A stretch of 64,000 nucleotides of DNA from Tubiluchus corallicola (lineage: Eukaryota > Animalia > Priapulida): NCBI GenBank assembly GCA_030141605.1, contig JAQGDQ010000198.1:310001-374000 (forward strand), written 5' to 3'. The translations under genes were made by a program, and so were the position numbers. The notes beneath the pieces are model-generated. The model saw only the letters and a program-made list of their open reading frames with translations. It made no database searches and had not been told where the DNA came from. Each line of letters begins with the position of its first letter. Position 1 is the first letter of the stretch. Below are positions 57,501 to 64,000 of the stretch, piece by piece.

Positions 57501-59097
57501 TTTCACTCATTTTATGATTATGTTTGTTTATGTGTAGCCTACAGGTTGTTGTTTCATATGTTTATAGATTGTATATTTTAATGTTGAGCGAAATAAAATT
57601 GTGATGAAAAAACTACCATAAGGCAGAATAATTTTATTTATCTTTTATCTATGTTTAAACCACAGTAACACTGAATGAAATAGTTAAGATCAGAGCACAA
57701 CCAATTCAAAATCAGAAACTATAAAATTATCAAGTTATTTCATTTTACTTTCGAAGACAATTACTGCTTCAATCACATGTGTAAAAAAACACAAAATAGC
57801 ATCAGACAGATTCAATGGATGACGCTAGCAGAAGAACTACTGAAGCAGAAACAATTACAGAACTACCCGCATTCATTGAAAAAGCAGTGCAAACCTTTAG
57901 TTGGTTGAACATCCTCTGTGGACTCATCATTTACCACACCTAGTAGAGTCGACTTTCCCGCTCCGTCCAACCCGACACAAATAATGTGAAGTTCGTGTTT
58001 CCTTGTTTGAGGAGATCGACACAGCAGCCACTGCCAACACTGCAAATTAAATTAGTTTTGCAATTTTAGGTAGAAATAAAATTGCTTAGAGTCCATCAAA
58101 GCATCCGACAGTCAGTTTCAGGACCGGCACCATATAATCATACTTAAAGTAGAATTAACGAAAATTTGTTAAAAGGAAAAAGGGAATTTAAAGTATACCT
58201 CAAAAAATACTACTATATATTATATAATATATTAATTATATTACTTGGCATTACATCTACTCATTTAAAACATTTACATAAACGTAACTGGAAAAGAAAA
58301 TGTCCACGCCAACTGGTAAGACAGTACTGTATAGCCATCCCAGTGTGCACCAGTGACTCACCAAAAAACACATTCACCAAAACACACTGTCTTACTGACA
58401 ATGCAAAGTAATTAAAACTTTTGCTTACTTAGCAAAGATGTATTAGGAATGCCCTGATGATTCTTTTCAAACATTACACACTGTTACTTAAACTTGTTTT
58501 AAATAACTGATCATTGATATGGCTGCGCCTAACGGTCATCGCATGAGTGTAATAGTTTTACACAGTGTTACTGCTAACGCAAGCCCTATATTCAATAAGA
58601 CAACATGTAAGTGATATAAAATCTCAAGACGATTTTTTTAAACTTTATTATGAAGAGCGACATCAATTTTAATAACATGCACTAGTTTTTAAAAACTGTT
58701 TGCTTTTAAATAGTCTCCTGACTAATGATACACAAAATATCAAAACAAAACAAATAAAAATACAGAAATATCACAGTGTCACACAATACCGGATTCACTT
58801 TTTGAGATTGTCACTTTGCGTTAAAGCAGCAAGCCGGATTTTGCCACACAAAAGTACTACCATCTACAAACGTTGACTGACTGTGGTAACACCAATTAAG
58901 ACTATGACTCAGGTTTCACTATTATAGTTAATTAAAAAAAGATGCGCAATTTAAATATAATATTGATTAAAAACATTCAAATCATCTCTCAAATTATAAA
59001 GTTTCTAAAACCAACACTAGTCTGCATTACTTACTGAGTAAACCTGTATTCGACATACTGCAACTGCTATTTGAAACATCTGCAAAACATTTCCCAT
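54538..59097 (-). CDS. ARL15: ADP-ribosylation factor-like GTPase 15, 212 aa, 5 coding exons (59035-59097, 57895-58039, 56242-56301, 55471-55679, 54538-54699)
   Basis: P-loop CVGLDGAGKSTLL, switch I QPTKGFNIKAV, ARL15-type KELGGSEDIRQYWSRYY, LIYVLDS, LILASHQDKAGARS, C-terminal WIFRTCS. Junctions are GT-AG and in frame. Confidence 0.92.
56572..57247. mobile_element. hAT-like MITE in an ARL15 intron
   Basis: CAGTGG...CCACTG termini flanked by a perfect 8-bp TSD TGTAAAAC (56564-56571 and 57248-57255). Confidence 0.85.
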
Positions 59098-60731
59098 AAC
59101 TGTTACTACAGCTATGCCATCTGTGTTGCCTAGATTCGTACAGCAACCTATAAAATTAAAAATGCAATAATGACAATAGAAATTAATTTTAAATATAAAA
59201 AAGTCCACATTTTAACAAATCGAAATGAAACAGAATTTATTTTCTCCAATCATTTCTAAAAAAATACAATGTACAAAAAACATGAGAACATAAAGAGAAT
59301 AGTTAACAGTTAATTAATGTAGTAATTAACTCAATGAGATAAGGTAGCAAATTGGCTATATATATATTACAATCGTATTTTGCTAAGTAAATATTTTATT
59401 AATATTATGTAATTATATATATATATATTTTATATTTGAGCACAAGATCAGAAGAACAAGCAAGAACACATGAATAAATATGTATAAATATATTTAACCA
59501 ACGACAACAAGGAACAAAAAATGTGCAACAAAAAACGTTGCAACTAAACCAGCTGGCAACAGTGCAACTACTAAGTACTATATATAGTACAAAACTCCAG
59601 GTAGAAAACACTTCAAATGCGCATCCTGAATATATGTATTTAATATACTATATATGTCATTTGTCGTTACTATAATTTCAATGCTATGTTATATAAATTA
59701 CCTGCTAAAGAAGCTAGTACAAATACAGAAATCTCACAAAACAAAGAAGTAACTAAGCAACCTGTTTACATGAAACCGACATTTTGCTGGACAAACTAAA
59801 GAAATCTCACAAATTAATGCACCGTCAATAATTTGATTTTGTTCATTTTATTTACTATAATACTGATGTATTACTTTCTAGTTTGTAAATCTAATATCTA
59901 TCTATTTTTATATAAATAAAATTTGACAATGCACGACAAAATCTGCTGACCTGTAGCAAAGCTTCAATCTCATTAATGAAATGAAATGGAAAAATGTGGA
60001 TCACCTTTTTGCCATGATTAAAGAATTCAACAATGATTATTGTTTATAAACTCACATTATATTTTGAATGTTGATACTAAACTTGAAAAACAGAAAATGT
60101 ATGAAAAAGTTTGAGACAGCCTGGATTCGAAACAGAAACTTTCTGCATACAATTCAAACAGATGTGATTGACCACTATAGGCCACCCTGCATTGCCATTT
60201 ATAAAGTGATCAAGGCAATCAGAAGTTCATCCCATATAGCTGCCCAACCAAATTTAGCATTTTCAATGTTATACAACTCACAGTTGACAAATCATAACTA
60301 CTGGCTTAATTTTTTAAGTTATTTTTATTAGTTTTGAGTTTGCATTTTCCGTGTATTACTATGCTCTAATACTGGCACATCCTGTTATTCACTGTATGTA
60401 TATTCATATATAAATCTTTATTTGCCATAAAATAGATGTCGTAACACTTGATAGGGTCATTGCAAAAGACATCCATCAGTGTTAATAGATAAACATTTAC
60501 TACCGAAGGCAAATGCGTCAGGTCAGTAATCTATATAATAAAAAAATACATGTTTATTTATTGAACCACAATTACATTACAAAAACAAATAAACAAGACA
60601 GATTCAATCAACAGTGAAAGAAACGTTTGCTAGAGACAAAATCCCCAAACAGAAGAATATTGTGGCTCGAGCGTACAGAAGAAATCACAATTAATTTATG
60701 CAAGTATTGAAAATAATAATTATCACAACAA

Positions 60732-61587
60732 TGTTACATCATGTTAATAACTCTTTACGCAATTGTATCTAGCTTTTATATAGACAATAAATGGTTCCTA
60801 ATTTGAAAAGGTTCTGATTCTGGAAAAGGTACAATAATCTTGCATAATTCGATATCTTAGCTACTCATTATAAAAGCAAATTTATCATTGTCATTTGGTA
60901 CGGCAGAAAACTCCGCATCGAGTTACATCAAAACTTAAAAAGTTGTACCACGGGTCCTTCGACCAAGCACGCAGGTTTATCGAAATGTTGGTTGGTTGGC
61001 ATCCTTCTTTCTCGAAAGACAATGGAGTGTGCACCAAGAGAGTCAGTTAATGATCACATTGATGGAGCTGCAGCGTCGACTGTGGCTGAGCAGTGTGATC
61101 CTTGAGCGTCTTCAGGGTGCACACCTGGGCAAGGTATATGGAGATTCTGAGTTGCCCAGACAACAGGAATCCCCTCTCTTCCTGCCTGCTGTAGTCTGAA
61201 GGAAAGCGGAGCGATACGTTTGGCACCTGGTTGGCTGCAGGAGCTGCCAGAGTCAGTGAGCATGCTGCACAGGTCCGCCTTCGGGGCTCCACTCCTGATT
61301 TGGAAGGTTTACACAAGGCCGTTGGGTCACTTGACCTCCTCCGCCCTCTAGCCGTTGGCTGTTTGTGCAGCTCCTCTGCCTAGTGTCGAGATACTAGTGT
61401 GGGCATCCCGCAAGCCTACAGCACCTGGTATTTGTAGACGGTCACCCATCCAAGTACTAACCAGGCTCTACGTTGCTTAACTTTGGTGATCAGACGAGAA
61501 GTTAATTCCTTTTCAAATTAGGAACCATTTATTGTCTATATAAAAGCTAGATACAATTGCATAAAGAGTTATTAACATGATGTAACA
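60732..61587. repeat. 80-bp inverted repeat pair (60732-60811 and 61508-61587) enclosing a 5S-headed GC-rich insert
   Basis: The arms are reverse complements with one mismatch by eye. Confidence 0.9.
61412..61500 (-). pseudogene. 5'-truncated 5S rRNA-derived sequence (5S pseudogene or SINE3 head)
   Basis: The reverse complement TTCTCGTCTGATCACCAAAGTTAAGCAACGTAGAGCCTGGTTAGTACTTGGATGGGTGACCG...ATACCAGGTGCTGTAGGCTT matches the 3' three-quarters of metazoan 5S. The 5' ~30 nt and an oligo-T terminator are missing. Confidence 0.88.
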
Positions 61588-62619
61588 CGTGATTTGGCCG
61601 TAATTCTTTATCGAAATAATATGCGAGTAATAATAATCAGGTCCACCTTGGAAATGAGCCAGTATTGACTTACTCATTGTAATTTTAAGGTGTTATCCCC
61701 GGAATATACTCCTAAAGGAAATTTTGTTGTGGCGTCGACGTCGTCATAGACTTTTCTTGTGTCCAAGAATGACAGTTCTTCTCACTTTCGCCCTCGGATC
61801 CTCTGTGATGATGGTGCTGATGGCTCTGAAGAACAATTGTTGCACTGTGTACAGCACATACATAAATAATAATAATTATTCTCAAGTTACTCAATCTTGT
61901 TTCCTAAACTAACATCTTTCATTAAGGATGTGGACGATTCTACCTCAGCACGATCACCGTAATTGCTCAATCTATTACTCTGATGAAGGAGGACATTAAC
62001 ACGCTAGACAGTATAAAGCTTATTATGCCATCATGAAGTTTAGTTTCCAGGCTCATTCTATTACATGGCGTATCCACTTTTGGACTCGAGGTCACGCTTT
62101 CTCCAAACTTGCTAATACATTCAACTGATGGTCTGGATCACGAGTTGTGCTGTTGAACATTTCAGTGTTTTCTTGCCTATTCTCCCCCCCCCATCATTTG
62201 CAATAAATTAACGTGCTAACTCTTGCATGCTAAATCCTAATAATTTAAATTGTGCTCGTTTGCTCGAACGACTGTGATAATTGCATTTTCTACGTGCACA
62301 GTTTTGCCAAGTCAGCCTTCTTTTATCATTTTTTTTGTTTTGCATATCACAATTGCTTTCATATTAAAATACTTACATAAAAAGGTGGTTCATTTATCGT
62401 GTCTTCTCTCCATCCGTTTTTCTACTGTTCTTTCAGATTTTTTGCTTGTGCCATCGCTTACATACAAATTCAAAGAGATAAAAGTATCCATTTCCTTCTA
62501 TCTATTCACTCATTCACATGATCATACTATGTACATTATAGTACATATTAAAAGGCACCATACTTACAAAATTAGCCTAATGGTTAATTAATTCAAGGAG
62601 TCACTGAAAAATTGTTTTC

Positions 62620-62690
62620 TAACACGGGACTTGAACTCAGAACCTTGTGCTTTCAGAAGGCACACTCTGTCCGTTGGACTACTAGGCTAA
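62620..62690 (-). mobile_element. tRNA-derived SINE-like head (second copy at about 63188-63255)
   Basis: A-box-like tagtccaacgg and B-box-like gagttcaagtcc on the - strand; aaccttgtgctttcag is shared by both copies. No clean cloverleaf. Confidence 0.45.
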
Positions 62691-62698
62691 CTTAGCAT

Positions 62699-63030
62699 AA
62701 TAAGCCTTTTTTACAGTTCAAAGGTCAAAGGGCAACGCTTAAGTATACCAGACAACGCATTTGTGTACAGTTGACAGTGCCTCGCAGCCCATGCTGTTAC
62801 AATAGTAACAGTTTTGACAGCTAGCTAGAACCTTGCCAAGTTCATTTTTTCTTGTTCCCAAGCAAGATTCCTGCTAATAAATCACTCTACACACAGACTA
62901 ATGCATAATTGAAGGCAGACTACTTTACTTTCTCACATGTGACGTGACGCTTTCAGCTAAGACGTGTTGCTGTGGTACAGCTAACTTTTGACCTACAGCA
63001 ACTTGGCACAACAAAACCGTGAAAAGGCAT
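62699..63030. mobile_element. MITE family A copy
   Basis: Similar to 833-1194 and 7198-7576. Confidence 0.75.
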
Positions 63031-63734
63031 ACTGGTCTGAATTTTCATTCCAGTAGCACGTAATCAGTCAGAACCGTAATCAGCCATTGCATCTATTTGG
63101 TATAGTATGTCAGTGATATATCTCATGTATTTTGAATACAGACATATAAGTAAACAGGAAAATATTAATGGAAAAAGAAGCGCGAGTCACCCAGGACTTA
63201 AAGCTACAACCTTGTGCTTTCAGGGCATACGTTCTACCATTTGAGCAACGGACTCAGCATAGCAAAGCTAGTCTGAAATCTCATCTTATTATTGCGTAGT
63301 GAATTTGGCAATTAATTTCATTTGCCATAAGGTGTTTTGAGGTCATCGCTAACACGACAATTAGCATGTCTGTGGTTTTTACAGTGCACGTTTATGTGAT
63401 AAGAATACATAACAGAGTGGTCTCACAAACATTAAAAAGCAATTTTTAATCACGACATTTCATACTGCAATTGGGTACATGCATTGCAGATACGGATAAT
63501 GGCAAAACGTCTTACTATTTACACGCAGTAAGGAGCGGAGTAGACTCGTTTCCTAGAAACGTATATGGCCAGAAAAAAAATTTTCCCGAAAAAAACTCCA
63601 CAGAAAATTTTTTTGCCAGAAAAATTTACTTTCCAGAAAAAAGTTTCTCAGAATCGTCGTTTTTCAGAAAATAAAATTCACAAAAAATGTAATAAATCCT
63701 TTTTAAAGCGCAGTTAGATGATGTGAAATAAAAA

Positions 63735-64000
63735 GTAGTTTATTTTAACTACGTGTAGTGATTAATACCGATTATATGATAAAAAAAATTTGGTCAACTC
63801 GTTGGTGCAAGAAAATAAGTTTGTAACATCAGCGAATGGTGTTGATCTTTGCATATACGCAATAGTAAGTAATACCGGCGTGTGAATGGCTACCGAAGTG
63901 AGGCAATGTCGAGACTGGCAACTGATTAGTTAGGTGACTGCTTATGGAATCTCACTTTGGGTAGTTCCTTTCACTGCTATGTCGAATTATTTTGTTGATT
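63735..64000. mobile_element. Family C copy running off the window end
   Basis: Reverse complement of 14740-14997 at high identity. Confidence 0.85.

Noticed and set aside
61412-61500. Functional 5S rRNA gene
   Set aside because: The 5' ~30 nt are missing, there is no oligo-T terminator, and it is a single copy rather than part of an array.

Overview
AT-rich, intron-rich, repeat-laden DNA typical of an invertebrate animal nuclear genome (species not determinable from the sequence). I assembled four complete spliced genes by hand, with GT-AG junctions whose phases all match. (1) A 178-aa secreted Tyr/Arg/Asp/Gly-rich protein (+, 569-5505). (2) A 450-aa Cys-loop ligand-gated channel subunit of the GlyR/GluCl/GABA-A anion-channel group (-, 7883-31979). 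(3) A 392-aa alpha/epsilon-sarcoglycan (+, 37866-52827). (4) A 212-aa ARL15 small GTPase (-, 54538-59097). There is also an orphan trypsin-like (GDSGG) exon pair. Introns carry hAT- and other MITE-like elements, LINE 3' fragments, a possible solo LTR, 5S-derived SINE3-like sequence, minisatellites and microsatellites. The most striking unexplained pattern is in the channel gene: three different introns begin with long tandem arrays (27, 44 and 88 bp units), each made of the preceding exon's own 3' end plus its splice donor. One of these offers an in-frame +9 aa extension of the pore-lining M2 helix. Most ORFs in the supplied track are repeat-derived or spurious. All counts and alignments are by eye; no database searches were run.
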